A DNA stretch of 64,000 bases from NCBI RefSeq assembly GCF_964355755.1, contig NC_092671.1, positions 38,946,304 to 39,010,303 on the forward strand. Reading direction: 5' to 3'. Positions 1-14,400 of this stretch are shown piece after piece. The notes under the pieces are model-generated. The model worked only from the letters and a program-made list of their open reading frames with translations. It was not told where the DNA came from and ran no database searches. This stretch comes from Antedon mediterranea (Eukaryota; Animalia; Echinodermata). The position numbers and the translations under genes are program-made. Positions within the stretch are counted from its first letter, which is position 1. The number at the start of each line of letters is the position of its first letter.

Positions 1-114
1 GTGGATTAAGGGATGAGATTATATGATCTATACTGTAATTCTGAAATACTAAGTGAAAAGCATATTTTTATGATTCAATCATGAAAAATATACATAAATA
101 AAAGCTATTCAGCA

Positions 115-252
115 AGCTCTGTCTACACTATCAAACTAGTTTGACAAAAAGAGTGTGATATGCCCAAATATGGTAGTGATATTCCCAACTACAGGTAGTA
201 CTATGACATCTTCACATTTTGTCACGTCAAATTTGATAGTGTAGACAGAGCT
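115..252. mobile_element. MITE family A copy (DYNC2I1 intron)
   Basis: Both TIRs present: AGCTCTGTCTACACTATCAAA...TTTGATAGTGTAGACAGAGCT. Confidence 0.85.
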
Positions 253-276
253 TTAGACAATGCATTGTACACTTAC

Positions 277-3200
277 CAGATTTAGTGTGATGTAGACGAA
301 TGCATCCATCTCTACACCCAACCTTAAAACAACATTAACATTTACTATTACTAGTAAAAAAGAAAAGGGACAACACAACAAAATATCCAATTCTCATATA
401 ATATCTTTCATTGAATATTTAAAATTATAACTTACCAGGAAAAAGGGTAAACCAAACGGATGAAAATCCACTGCCAGGATATCTACTGGAAAATCTGAAA
501 TAAGAAGATCCATTTTTCAGTGAATAAAATCAAAGATGACAAAATGTTTCTTAAAGTTTCTCTAGTTTCAGTTGGGTTTTATCTGCTTTAGACAAATAGA
601 ATTAGCATCATTAAAAATGTTTGTTTTATTGTATGAGAATAACCATGAGAATCGTATTGTCACATCATTTAAAGTAAATTATATGTATAAATTACCTATT
701 TGTGTATGGTATAACCTGGGCATATCAGCTGTGCCATTGCGTGTACAGTGCATAATGTATCCCTGTAAAAATGAAGAGAGAAAACACATTAAGTTTAACG
801 ATATTATGCGATTCCAAAATATGACTTATACAATACGGTATTCTATTTATTTAGTCAACTTTGTTTTACAAAAGGGTAGCTCTAACAGCTGTACTACAAC
901 AGTACGCGTAATTTTTTTTTCCAGGACGAACGTGGGCAGAAATCATGAATAATTCATGAATAATTATGACATAATAGGGAACATTATAGAGGGCGCTATA
1001 TAAGCATGCAGAGAGATTAAATAATTAGTGTAAACAGCGTTTGCCAACCGAAATGTTTAGTCTAGTGGTAAAGGCTTTAACCTATTACACTGGAGCTCTC
1101 GGTTCGAGGTCTTTCATGAACATGTTTTTTTTTTATAGTTGAGAGAGATTATTTAGAGGGTTAGGTTTAGTATATTTAGGGAGTAGATCAGCTATCTCGC
1201 AATTCTTTATAATAGAAAATAATTAAGGTAATGAATTATTCATGATTTCTGCCCACGTTCGTCCTGGAAAAAAAAAACACGCCAACAGTACAGCTGACTT
1301 GAAGAGGCCCTCTAAATCTATTTATCTTATTACAAAAAGCTTTTTGTATTGATACAATTAAAATAAATTTATATATTCGAACATTTATAATAATATGACA
1401 ATATAAATAATACAAAATGATAAGTAACTCACTGCATCGGTGGCAACATAAAAATGATTAGCGTCTGTTTGAGAGAAATGTAAATGACGTACAGAAAGAT
1501 GGCTCACATCTCTAAAGGTTAAAAAAAAGGCAGTTTTTTTAAATTTTTATTTTATTTGATTGACATGCAGTAGCTATTTAATGTCAGATAAAATAAATTA
1601 TCTTACCTGCGTGGGTCTTTGAGACATATAGATGAGCTCTTCATTAATTTGATTTTACCTCCTGGAACTAGGCCTAAGAAACAGAGATATAATATGTTAT
1701 TTTCATTTCTGTGATTTTTATATATTTTTTGTTTCTTTTGTCCGTTTTGTTAGGGCGTCCCTGACACAAGCGTTTGCTTTCTTGGTGACGCCACCATTAT
1801 TTGGAAATAAATGTTATTTTGATTTGATATGTACTGTATTATTTTTATCAGAAAAATGAAACGCATACAAAAATTATAATTCTAGAATTCTAATTCAATA
1901 AGTGAATTTCACAAACCGACCTAGATCAGATTGAGATCCTGCAATGTCCACTTTGTCTACCTCAATCACAACCTACAAAAAATCAAATGTAGAACATGTA
2001 CTAATTCAGAATCGTTTATTTGTTCTACTTTGGGACTTTCCTGTGAAATAAACGAGGGGAATATAATATGTTTAAAATTCAATTCAAATAATCTTTAAAA
2101 GCTCTGTCTACACTATCAAACTTTATATTACAAAAAAATGTGATGTGCCCATAATATGAACATGATGATGTCATATCACTACCATATTTGGGCATATCAC
2201 TACAATATTTGGGCTCATCAATAGCATATTTGGGCACATCAAACTAGTTTGATAGTGTAGAATTGAGCTTAACACTACTGCACATATTATTAAGTGGACT
2301 ATTTGTCCTAAAAGTGCCCCCTTAATAGGGGTTTCAACTGTAGTATAAATGTACAGTTTATTCACCCAGAAAACAACTTGTCCCCTCTGTTCCATGGAGG
2401 CTAGCTGGAATGCTACACCTTCATCCTTAGTAGACTGAACGCTGTCTGTTATGGAGACTACTGGCTGGATTGAGACTACTGTACTATGATGATTATCTTC
2501 ATTAGATATTCCATCTGTGCTGTATGTTGGTGGCTGAATATCAACAATACTTGCTTTTGTACTAAGATGGAATGTTGAGTGCATTGTGGAAGGTTCCCTC
2601 AAATCCCATGCAACTACTGAGCCATCAACCTGAAGAAAATACATGTTTTTTTCTTTGAAAGCCTACTAAATCATTGACATTGACAAAGTTTTGCATATCA
2701 AGAAGATTAAAGACTCTTACAACCAAACACCCTTAAGCTCTGTCTACACTATCAAACTTTATGTGATATGCCCATATACGGATATGATGATGTCATTATC
2801 ACTACCATATTTGGTCATATCACTACTATACTTGGGCACATCACATAATTGTTGTCAAACTAGTTTGATAGTGTAGACAGAGCTTTAGACTGGCTTAATA
2901 ATCTGCTTTTCTAGAAAGGCTGGCATTTCTTTTGGATCTCAAGAAAAACCTGGTCTCTTGGAGAGTTTTTAGTTATATACAAATAATACAAATTGACTCA
3001 CTGTTCCAGCAAACACAGAAGACGTTTTAGTCGGGCTAAAACAGCAGCAAGTAATTGATGATTGACATGAAAGCACTCTGAAAATAGGATATAATATATA
3101 TACAATACTTGATTTTCATTAGATCTATAATCGTAGTCAATAGTAACTATGATTTAAATATAAGAATGTTACAAAATAAAAACCAAAATGATCTCATACC

Positions 3201-6200
3201 TTTGGGGTTTATTTGGTATATTCAGATTCCATAAACATATAAGACCAGCTCCATTAAGGTTATGTTTTAAATTTGACTACAAAAAAAAAATTTAAAAAAT
3301 TGATGATTTCACTATATTGTTATATAGTAATGCTAATAAACAATAATAATTAAAACACAGCAAAAATACAATTTTAAGAGCGAAAAATGTAAAATTAAAA
3401 GATTACTGCTTTAAAGGTAGCCTGTTTAGCAAGTCTATATAATAAGCACAAGGTTAAAGACAATATTGATTAGAATATCAATAAAACATCAAATATAACT
3501 GAAAAAAAACAACAATTGAAATTCAATATTATTAATATACTATAAAGCAGCAAGCACTAGACATACACAATGTTAAAATGGGTTTTATGAGCATCAATTT
3601 ACAGTATTTATAACACTTTGGATAATATTACACTATTACAATATATGCAGTATATATTAATTAAATTCAACAGTGTACCTTTTTTAATTTGTTATCCTCC
3701 TCCTTCAAAATTAAACAGAGGTTTCACAGAGGGTTAAAAATGATTAAAATCACATGAGGAAATTGATTGTAACAAAGAATAGAGCGTGTTTATATAAATA
3801 TTATTGTCATCATTTTGATTTATTATTATTATTATTTTATTGTATATTGTTGTACTATTGCTCTCATTTTAAGTTTTACTTACAAGTCTAGGTAAAGTAT
3901 GAGCTGTCAGCAATAGACTGGTTTGTACTGGATGAAACTGCACTTGTAACACATCACGACCTAAACAATTACACAAAAACGATAAGAAAATTACAAAAGC
4001 ACTTTAAAAACTTGCATGTGACAAGCAAAGATGGACAATGTTTTTAATTTTAATAATACAAGGGAATATACATATTCTGTGCCTGTGATGTTTATATAGA
4101 GAACTATATATTGATATGTAAAAATGTGTACAGCAAAATGAAACAAAAGTGGGACGACCCCATAGAAGACACAACCAGAAACCCTTTCAAAATGTAATTT
4201 TTTCTTCTTCTGCAGGCGAGATGCTATGGATTTGGATACCACACAATTGAGCTGAGGTCTATTTCTCGATCATTAACACTTCATAGTGTAAATGGAACTG
4301 TAAGTATGAATTCTGTTCATTCATCAGAAGTTGATTTATTTAACTATTTTTTAGCACTTCCCTTCATATATTATCTTTTATATATGTTACAATGTTTATA
4401 TTTGTGGGTAAATAAAAGAAAAGAAGTGAGTAATTTATGGATTTGTTCTATGCTCCCAAGATAACCTTTAACCTACCCATACCTTCAAGAAAAGGATGTT
4501 GCATATTTAAATGAGTGAATCCCTGACTGAAGCAGAAGTTACTTGACTGCAGGCTACTAAGGTGATTGGCTGCTTCTTCCTCCTCCAAGAGTGTACACAC
4601 TACACGTGATGCTTTCTCTAAGAAGTGTGCGAGGCGCATGGAATCTTCTCCTTTAAATATCGACCTCTCATCTTCATTTAACGTCTCTCCTAAAATATAT
4701 TTTTCATACATGTTTGATTGACAACAAAAAGATTAAAACAAGATTTCACACATTAACAAATTTATCATCTAAAGCTCTGTCTACACTAGCAAACTTTATG
4801 TGACATAAAAATGTGATGTGCCCATATATGGACATGATGATGGCACATCACTACAATATTTGGGCATATGACACTTTTTTGTCAAACTAGTTTGATGGTG
4901 TAGACATGATAGAGGTTAATAATCTAGAAATAAGACTTCCAATTTTTTAGTTTAAAGTCAATCATATTCAACAAAACAAAGTTGCTTATTTTACCGCCAC
5001 AGCCCTTTGAATCATTGGCAGGATGCTGCGTCCATTTTGTTTCCATTTCAATGTCATCAGTCTGGATTTCACGTTCTAAATTATCTTCGTTACATTGTGC
5101 ATAAGCCTAAAAAAATAGTATAACAAATATTTAAATATATTTCAGAGTGTTACATAATTCAATTCCAATTCTTTATTCATCCTGTGTGGGGAAATCACAC
5201 ATCTTAAATCTATAAGATCCATATTCAACCTTTACATAATTCATAATATGGCCTTTGAAAAAAATTTATTTTGAACTTTTATTTAACAGTTTAATACTAG
5301 TTGCAACACAAGAATTTAGTTTTAGAAAATGTAAAGAAAATAATTAATTAACAAATTATAAAACAAAACCATTATCTTAATATCTGTATATGAATTATGA
5401 ATTAAATTTCTATTTCAATTTAACATAAAGTTGCACTACTTTCTCTGACACTGACAACAACATATTATCTTATTGGACTACCCAGCACTTACCTGTTTTG
5501 TATTGGACTGTCCAAAGCTTCTAATATAAAGATCATACTCATTGACCGGTGCCATGTCCAGTACATCAAAGCCAACTGCATCTAGGTCAAGCAAAGCCAT
5601 AAGCTCCTGACCACGTTTACGAGTTTTCTGAGAAACTTTATCGCTAATCTGACGTTGTTTTGCAGCAACAAAATTAACAAATGTACGACCAGATGATCTA
5701 GATGTTGTAGGTCGTGCTTTAAAAAGTGAATTTAATAAAAATTATTTAAAATTGTGAATTTTGTGTTGTTAGTACCATCAACAAAACACAACTTGACAAC
5801 CAAGAGATTATTAAGCAACAACTTATTTCAAACTTAACTTACATGATGGTGATGATGATACCGATGGCTCCTAAAAGAAATAATTTCATTATGTAAAATT
5901 AATTTAAGATCTAAAAATCGATAAATAGCATCTAGCTCTTTGAATAATATACACTGTCTGTCTACACTATCAAACTAGTTTGACAAGAAAAGTGTTTAGT
6001 GCCCAAATATGGTAGTGATATAACATCATCGTGTCCATATATGGGCACATAACATTTTTTTGTCACATAAAATTTGATAGTGTAGACAGAGCTTTATGTC
6101 GGCTGAAATCATCTACAAGAGCTCTTTACAGTCCTGATCATCATACATTTAAAAGCTTACTATATTATTTTACTGCAATTTATAACTTACCAGGCTCCTT

Positions 6201-7656
6201 CTAAGTGATGCTTCATTTTCTTCAGCTATTGCTCTACGTAGATCATCATACTCAGAGCTCTGAAAGAATAAATAACAAATATATTATCAAAAAGCTAAAA
6301 ATATTTGAGCACCACCTCTCAGTACTTGAAAACAAAATAGATACTCTTAAGTCTTAAGTCCTGTCTACACTATCAAACTTTTGTGAGAAAAAAAGGGGTT
6401 GTGCCCATATAATATATTAAGAACTTAGGTGGTCTGTGTTGGCTTATTTAAATTACTTACTGTAGCTGTAGTTTTTTCAGAATCATCATTATCCTCATCT
6501 TCAAAATCATCATCATCATAATCCTGAAAAATGACAACAAATATGATAAATCATAATTTGATAAAAGAAATTATAGCAAGATGTGTCATCCTATAATTTA
6601 AAATTAATCTATGAAAACAATTAAAATTACCTCAAAATCATCATCCTCATAATTATCTTTATCTACATGATTATTTGTTGCTTTTGAATTTTCAGTTTTC
6701 TTTTCAGTTTCTTTCTCAACTTTGATATCATCCTAGTTACGCAAAAAGTGAAAATAAATTAATTCAACAATGGAGAGTGAAACAACTTTGACATCACTCA
6801 ATCACCTCAACAAATAAGTGGAGAGTTACCAAGTACCTTTAAAAGACACCCAATCACCTCAACAAATGAATGTGAGTTTATAAAACAACTTTGACATCAC
6901 TCAATCACCTCAACAAATAAGTGGAGAGTTACCAAGTACCTTTAAAAGACACCCAATCACCTCAACAAATGAATGTGAGTTTATAAAAGATCACCTCCCA
7001 AGTGAGCGTAACTCGGTTATCTATCAAACAAACCTTTTAAATAGCACCCAATCACCTTATTGCATTAGTATTATAATTGAGGAAAAATAAAGAAAACTGT
7101 TTATTGGCAAGTTCCAAATTTGATAAATTAAGATGATTTGATGATGTGAAAATTGGAGAATGTAAGGTAAAAAGAGGAGAAGGTAAACTTTGGAAAAACA
7201 GGACAATTTAATTGTCTGTATCAAAAAATATAGCTGGCATAAATAGAATATTTTTCTCATGAACAACAATAGCATATTGACATAAGAAAAACAATATTTT
7301 TAGTTATATACATGTACATAGAAGCAAAGCTAATTATTTCATGATTTTGCTTAAGAAAAACAAACAGAAATCAAACAAAATAAAGCAAATTTTACGGGGG
7401 ATTGCTGAATGATGAATGTTTGTCCAAAGATCTCATGGTCATCGGAATTCTCGCCTATTCTGCTAACTTCCTTACATTCAATATTCTGTTTCAAATTTGA
7501 TAATAAAAAAATAAATTATATATTTTTTTTAAAGTGGATTTCTCATTTATTTTGGTATAATTTTAATCCATTCAGAACTACATCAACTGCGAAAAAGAAT
7601 ATGTAAACACTGGTCACAGGTAAACATGTGTAAATAATTATGTTTTATGTGTACAC

Positions 7657-7693
<37 letters not shown>

Positions 7694-10426
7694 AAAATGT
7701 TTTAGATTTTGTTAAAGATGTTGTCACTCAATTCCCAGATGTTTACCTCTTTTCTTTTCCTATTTGTATCCGAATGTTCTCTTTCTTCTTTATTTTTCTT
7801 ACGTTCTTTATCATCTTCATGTTCTCTCCGTCTATGTTTTTCATCTCGTTTTCTTTCATCTCGTTCTCTACTACCGTTCTCACCGATGTCTTTCTCCTTC
7901 CTCTCATATCTTCTCCTATCTTTATTTTTGTCTTTGTCTTCTTTATTTTTACTAGGTTCTCTATCATCCTCATTCTCTTTAAGCCTTCTATGCTTTTCAT
8001 CAGTGTTTTCATGTTTTTCTTGTTCATCTTTACGTTTTCTTTCATCTCGCTTTCTTTCTTCTCGATCCCTGCTACTGCCCTCCTCATGATTTTTATTCCG
8101 TCTCTCAGATCTTCTTTTACCTTTATCACTGCTACCATTTTCTACAGCTTCCTGTGTATACATATGACATATTCACAAGCATAAGCACAAAAATAACAAC
8201 AAAAACATTGCAATAATAGCTCTATAAACCTCTGTCCCAGCAATGTACTTCAGAAATATCATTAACAATGTTCTGAGCCTCAGCAGGGAATAATCTCCAT
8301 CACCATGTTTAGTATGGCTTTCAGCGATTTCACTTAGAACAATCACATAATTTTAAAGCATAATATTTAAAATCTGATATTAAAGTACACAAGTACAGTA
8401 AACATAATCCATCTGACATTTAAACAGCCTAAGCATTACTTACCCTATCTCTATGCCTCTTTTCACGCTCTTTTTCTTTTCGCTTTCTTCTTTCTTCCTC
8501 AGTCTGTAAATAAATTATAGTACGTTTATTTAAATAAACATTTTTATTGGATAATTTAAATATCTGCTGTTCATGACAGTTAGATGATAGCCCTGATTCC
8601 ATAAAATTTAATTAGACACAATAAGGCCATTTTACCCCACTGTGAATTTAACCAGACTACTGTAGGTCAGGCCCATGGGACAAAGTCTGGCAAGCAAAAT
8701 CACATACTTCATCACGATGCCTTCTTTCTTTTTTCCTGTCCGAAGTCCCTACTTCATCCTCATTATCTGCATGTTTTGATCTTTCTTTATCTTCTTTTTT
8801 CTTCCTATCATCAGAAGGATTTCCTGATTTTGTTCGTTCTTCTTCCTTTCTCCTTTCATTCCGTCGTCTTCGTTCTTCATCATCGTCATCTTTAGGTTTT
8901 CTTCGGTCTTTAATATCCTAAAAAATCATAGAATATTGTATTTAAAAATATGCTATCATGTACACAGTAACAGTAAACTTTATTTCTCGGGAAATATGAA
9001 TAAACACAGCATGGGACAATCTCTTCTATACAAAACATGGCATGGAAAAACAGCCATAATACTACCACCATACACAAGTAATATTCATACAAGAGTGTTA
9101 CGAAACTCCAATAATTTTAACTTGTCAAATGCGAGATATTCAATAGACAAATACAAATATTCTTTTTTTCCGCGTACTGTAAGAGCATGGAATGTACTTC
9201 CAGAATGCATTAAACAAGCATCATCACTACAAACCTTTAAATCAACACTTTGGACAAACTTAGATGATTGTACAATCACTATTGCACCACTTGATAGCAT
9301 GTACTGCCAAGTCATGGGCTTCAATTTAATGCAGCAATCGATTTATGTATATTAATGTATGGATGTTGGTTTGTTTGTTTTTTTGTCATTGTTTGGTCAG
9401 TTTTGTGAAGTTAATAAATTTTAAAAAAATAAAAAATTATAAAACAAATTCAGTTAAGTATGATGTTTGCACACCGAGAGACCAGCCCCCTGGCGCATAT
9501 ACCCATGTGGTCCTTTGTCAGTATTCATCCAGATCCAGATGGGAATTACTGTATTTATTATTTATCGCTTACTCTTTCCTTTCCACTGTGCTCTCTTCTA
9601 TTCTCATTATCTCTTGTCGTCTCATGTCTGTCTTTTCCTCTACTTCCACCCTTTTCGTCTCTTCTTTTTCGCCTGTCATGGTCATCTCTTTCACCATCTT
9701 GTTTACTTCTCGACTCTTTAGATCTTTCTTTTCTGGTCTCTTTCATAGAATTCTTTAACTCATCTTCTCCCCATGTATCTACCAGTTTTTTACGCTGAAA
9801 GAATAGAATTTTGTTTAATGCTATATAGTAAATAATATATACAATATGAATACAAATTTGAAAAACTATTATATATCAGTTTTGTTTGTAGCGTAAGGAA
9901 ATTCAAACAATCAAAATCTTTGATTTTCTGTTTAGTACCTGAAACACATCAATATATTATTATTATGATTATTAATTACATATTTAATATTATTACAAAT
10001 ATTAATTATTATTCAGTTTTAACATAATAAAATGTAGCAAATTCAAAATTATTATATAGGCTAGGATAATATGTATATTATTATTACTATTAGCCTAGTA
10101 ATCAAACATTTGTACTAGCCTAGCTAGGCCCAACCCTAGTTACTCTGTCATCTGCTAGGGGTAACCGTTCCTGATGGCCTGGCCTCCTCTCTGCTCTCTC
10201 CAGCCCGTCCGTGTGGCAGGCAGGCCTACTTTACTAATATTATACTACTACTACTACTAGGCCTTTAGTTAGGCTAGTAGTAGTAGTAGCCTAGCCCTAG
10301 CTAGAGCCAGCCTGGCTTACTCTAAACTACGTCCGGCCTAGCTAGCTAAAGTCCATCATTATTAATATTAAACACTTGTGAGTAACAATATAATGTATGA
10401 AATGAACTAACCCTTTCAGAAGGCAT
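277..10426 (-). CDS. DYNC2I1: Dynein-2 intermediate chain 1 (WDR60), multi-exon; 3' end lies beyond the left edge of the window
   Basis: Phase-consistent GT-AG exons, 5'->3': 10412-10426, 9573-9794, 8708-8917, 8444-8503, 7747-8151, 6631-6732, 6461-6523, 6191-6259, 5843-5870, 5493-5716, 4995-5106, 4483-4689, 3884-3960, 3200-3276, 3002-3077, 2366-2629, 1921-1972, 1607-1673, 1433-1511, 696-762, 436-494, 277-322. The N-terminus MPSERRKKLVDTWGEDELK is followed by a long K/E/R/D-rich tract. WDR60-like motifs follow: [56 protein letters not shown], and DIAGSQSDLGLVPGGKIKL. Confidence 0.92.
891..1291. mobile_element. Non-autonomous TIR element with an internal tRNA-like segment, inserted in an older repeat
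   Basis: Perfect 46-bp inverted repeats at 912-957 and 1231-1276. AGCT is duplicated at the ends. An uninterrupted copy of the flanking repeat is at about 16975-17037 on the minus strand. Confidence 0.75.
2736..2884. mobile_element. MITE family A copy (DYNC2I1 intron)
   Basis: Both TIRs present, with TTA on each side. Confidence 0.85.
6781..6987. repeat. Tandem duplication, 103-bp period, 2 copies
   Basis: AACAACTTTGACATCACTCAATCACCTC... starts at 6781 and 6884, with internal CAATCACCTCAACAAAT subrepeats. Confidence 0.9.
8936..9440 (+). mobile_element. Non-LTR retrotransposon (CR1/L2-group) 3' fragment in a DYNC2I1 intron
   Basis: Translation YKYSFFPRTVRAWNVLPECIKQASSLQTFKSTL is typical of the ORF2 C-terminus; an A-rich tail follows. 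Confidence 0.75.
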
Positions 10427-10429
10427 AGT

Positions 10430-11319
10430 TTTTAACCAAACGTAGGTTTTAAATCAACTTAAATCATCATGTTTACGCCGATGTTTATTTTCATGGACGG
10501 TGGAATGAGTGATCTGCGCATGCGATTGTATATTGGATACCGATCCTCGATCAGGAATTTGTAATATATGAATGGCCGAGAATATTCAATATCGAGTGTG
10601 ATCGCAATTTATTTATTTAAAGTTTATGACAGAGCCTACTCATAGCCTTTGACATTATGCAGGAATTACCAATGTTTTGATTGTGGTTTGTATGGATCTG
10701 GTGTTTAAAATAATTATCTTAGTACTTTATTGTATGGGACAACGTAAGAATTATCAAGAAAACAGACATTTGTAACAAAAAAGTATAGATTTATAAGGTT
10801 GGTTAGTAATTAAACAAATTAGGCGACTTTATAATATACAATTAAAAAATATATTTCACGTACATGTTCATAGAAGGACTTTTCCTTTCTTGTTGCCGAC
10901 GATCCGATCTAAATTTGTATAATAAAAGGTTGTGGCAAATGCAGGTATATGATGACTGTGTGTAGCCTTGGCCCCCTTGAAGTAGGTTCCTATTTGACAC
11001 ACCTAGTCTAGACATTACATAAAAAATAGAACTTTGTGGCCTACAATCTGTAAAATGACACCTCTTCTTAATCTTGATAAGATTTCTCATTTCAGCAAAA
11101 AAATCATTAATAAATGTTTTTGTTTATTCATTGTTCATTATAATTTACATATTTTAATTTTGAAGGAAATTAGTCATGAGTACAGTGTATGCTTTTAGAT
11201 TGAAACTAGATGATTCAAAGATTTAGAATTAAAAACTTATTTAATCTTCTCAGCTCCTATGATTAATTATTTAAATTTGCATAAATGATTTCAGTTGCTT
11301 TGTATTTTTTCTTTCATAG
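10430..11319. promoter_or_regulatory. Probable bidirectional promoter region between DYNC2I1 and ATXN7L3, with an NRF1-like site
   Basis: Divergent start codons at 10426 (-) and 11438 (+). TGCGCATGCG at 10515-10524 resembles the NRF1/P3A2 consensus and lies in a locally CpG-richer patch. Confidence 0.5.
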
Positions 11320-11437
11320 ATTTCAACATGCGTACGATGTGATGACAAGATCTATTTTTAGTGGGATTTGCTAAATAATTAAAGTAGAGCTGGAAGGGTT
11401 ACTAGTAACTTCAGCGTGCTTCTCAACCCAGTCTCTG

Positions 11438-14400
11438 ATGGAAGGCCTGCTCACTGCTGTTTCCGTCGATGGTAGTGAAAGCATAGAAAACCCATTCCTT
11501 GTAAGAATACTGGTCGACATAAACATTTTGTAAAAATAAAACATAATCAATTCAATACCGTTCTGTTTTTTTTTGTAGGCATTACTGGAACAAAAATCAA
11601 GATTAAATATGGATTCTGCCTTCCATTCATTTATTAAATTTTCAACTTTTTCGACTAAAGCTCTGTCTACACTATGATCAAACTAGTTTGACAAAAAAAA
11701 TGTGATGTGCCCATGACATGACATCATCATTTCCATATATAGGCACATCACACCAAGTTTGATAGTGTGGACAGAGCTTAACTGTCCATATCAAATTCTT
11801 CTTTGCTCTTTTTAAACATTTCCGTTTGAACATAAATATATCTTTGAATAGAAATAGAAAATATATCTCACTCACCATTGGACCATCATGGTGTTTGGCT
11901 GGGCCACTGTACCCTTTAATGGAAAATATTTCAACCATTACAAAAAATATATAGACATGATGACCACCATATATGGGCACATCACACTTTCGTGTCAAAC
12001 TCGTTTGATAGTGTAAATAGAGCTTAAGTCTACACAGACTTCTTTAATAAAAGTGTTTGAATTGTCACCTACTATATAGACTAATGTTTGTTATTTGTCG
12101 TTTTTACAGCCATACACTGAAGATGTGTTCAATGAAGTGCTTGATGAGGTAACACTTGGCTTGTGTTTTGAAATTCACCGATCATGCAAAATAGGAACAT
12201 TCTTCTTAGACGAGGTTGATGAGGAGTAAGAAATCTTTTATCTTTTTTATTATTAACCTTTTTACGTTTAAATATTAAGTATTGTGACCTAGCTTATCAT
12301 GTTCTGTCCTTAATCTTACTATAATTAATCAAATCTGTCCGGGTTTATTCAACGACTAGGTGTCACGCGGTCTTCAAACTTCAAACAAAGGGGAATAATA
12401 ATGCACATATACAATATAATTCAGAACTAAACTTTTTTATAGCCTTGTACATCAAACCTATGATAATAATTATTTTTATTTTAATTAATTTTTGCAGCTC
12501 GCAGAAAGATTATGGTAAGTATGACAGAATCTATAATATGTGTGTCAATAATAAATTGTTAATGTCAATAATAGTGTCCCTGAGGTCTTTAATAATAGTG
12601 TCCCTTCTTTTTAAGCTCTGTCTACACTATCAAACTTATGTGTCGAAAAAATGTGATTTGCCCATATATGGTGAAAAATGATGTCATATCACTACCATAT
12701 TTTGTCAAACTCATATTCAAATCTTAGCAATTTCACAGAAATTCCACACTATCGCCAGAAAAAAACTACTAAAACAAGCGGCACAAGGATTTTTTAAAAT
12801 AATTGTTTTTTAAATTTGTTTAGCCATTGCTTATTTTTCATTATCAGAAATAGTACAACAAGAGGGTTTGGATGTATTTGGAAACCCTCCACAAAAGAAA
12901 CAGTTGGAATGTGTTTGTCCTAACTGTGACCGTAACTTAGCTGCGTCAAGATTTGCACCACATCTAGAAAAATGTCTTGGAATGGGCAGAAACAGTAGTC
13001 GTATAGCTAGTAGAAGGTAATTTAAATATCTCAACTTTTATTTCAATTATTATATAGTTCCCAGTAGAGACACAACACATCGACGTCACGCAAAGTAAGG
13101 GATTTGATCAATCACAAGCGATGAATTATTCGTACTGCCGCTTGTCATTGGTCAACTCGCTTGCATTGCATCTATTTCCTTGCGCTGCCTCCTAGTGGGC
13201 GCCAAACTTTAGCAAGAAGCTATAAGTATATTGTCAGTTGATTGCTTCATAATCATAAGACTAATTTGCATAACCAGGGCAACATATACTGTATGCTAAT
13301 TCTCACTGAATAGTTAGTAACCTATGCAATATTGACTCTGTGTTATATTATGCATGCAGTGTATTGTCTGTATTATAACATTAAATTTTGCAAAAGCTTC
13401 TGTTCACATGACCAGCAAAGCATTGGTTTTTTATTTTCTTAATTAGCATGTATGCTAAATCTTTGCTAACTAAACACTAGATTCAGTTGCTGTTTGCATT
13501 AAACCACCATAACATTGTTTGACACAGATGTTTCATGTGGAAATGATTTGTAATGAAAGCAATAATCATTGTAATTTCTTACCCTTTTTACTTATTATAT
13601 TTTATGAATTATTTTCTAGAATTGCAAATAAAGTTGAAAGTGATAATGAAGATGATGAATCAACTGATCTATCATACAATCCAGACAGACGTAGTAAGTG
13701 TTTACAACTAAACCTTCCCAGGGCTACTCACCCTTACATATTATGTCAGCACTTGATCCAGGATTTTGAAATCGGGGCTCAGGGCCTAACAATAAGGTTT
13801 ATAGCAAATAGCGTGCGCTAAGCATGGTGGAAAGGATTTGGAAGCAAGCGTCACACTGCGTACGTACGTGATTTTTTGTTTGTATGTACGCGTTGTGATG
13901 TTTGCGCCCAAACTCTTCCCATCATGCATTGTGCAATGACGTTCCTCGCAAGGAGTCAAGCTATTTGCGATAAACCTTATTGTAAAATGATGTGCTGAAC
14001 TTAACTTAATGTCCTATCTTTTACGTTGAATCTGCCTATGTTTATTAACCTTCCGTCCACACCACAATTACACAGTAAACGCATTATTGTAAAAATGTTA
14101 ACATAACAAACTAATAAAATAATAGTTTACACACCACCTGGTTATTAGAATTCTTTTCATTGGCTTTTCCTATCAACTATTCAACAGTAAACTAAAGGTT
14201 GTTTATTTTTTTTAACAGATACAAAAAAGAAACGGGAAAAGCTAAGCAATAATTCTCCACGTCTAAAATCTAAGTTTTCAAAAAATAGTAGAAATGGTGA
14301 GTATAATGAATGAGCAGTAAGATTCTTGTGTCAACATTTGTGTATTGCATATATGGACATGATGATGTCATATCACTACCATATTTGGGCATATTACTAC

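Noticed and set aside
572-952. 126-aa plus-strand ORF
   Set aside because: No recognisable motif; it overlaps a DYNC2I1 exon in antisense and repeat sequence.
7709-8184. Plus-strand S/L/F-rich ORFs (also 9345-9798)
   Set aside because: Antisense shadows of the K/E/R-rich DYNC2I1 exons.
11678-11998. Short ORFs containing CDVPIYG / LCLHYQT peptides at many sites
   Set aside because: Translations of MITE family A, not a protein family.
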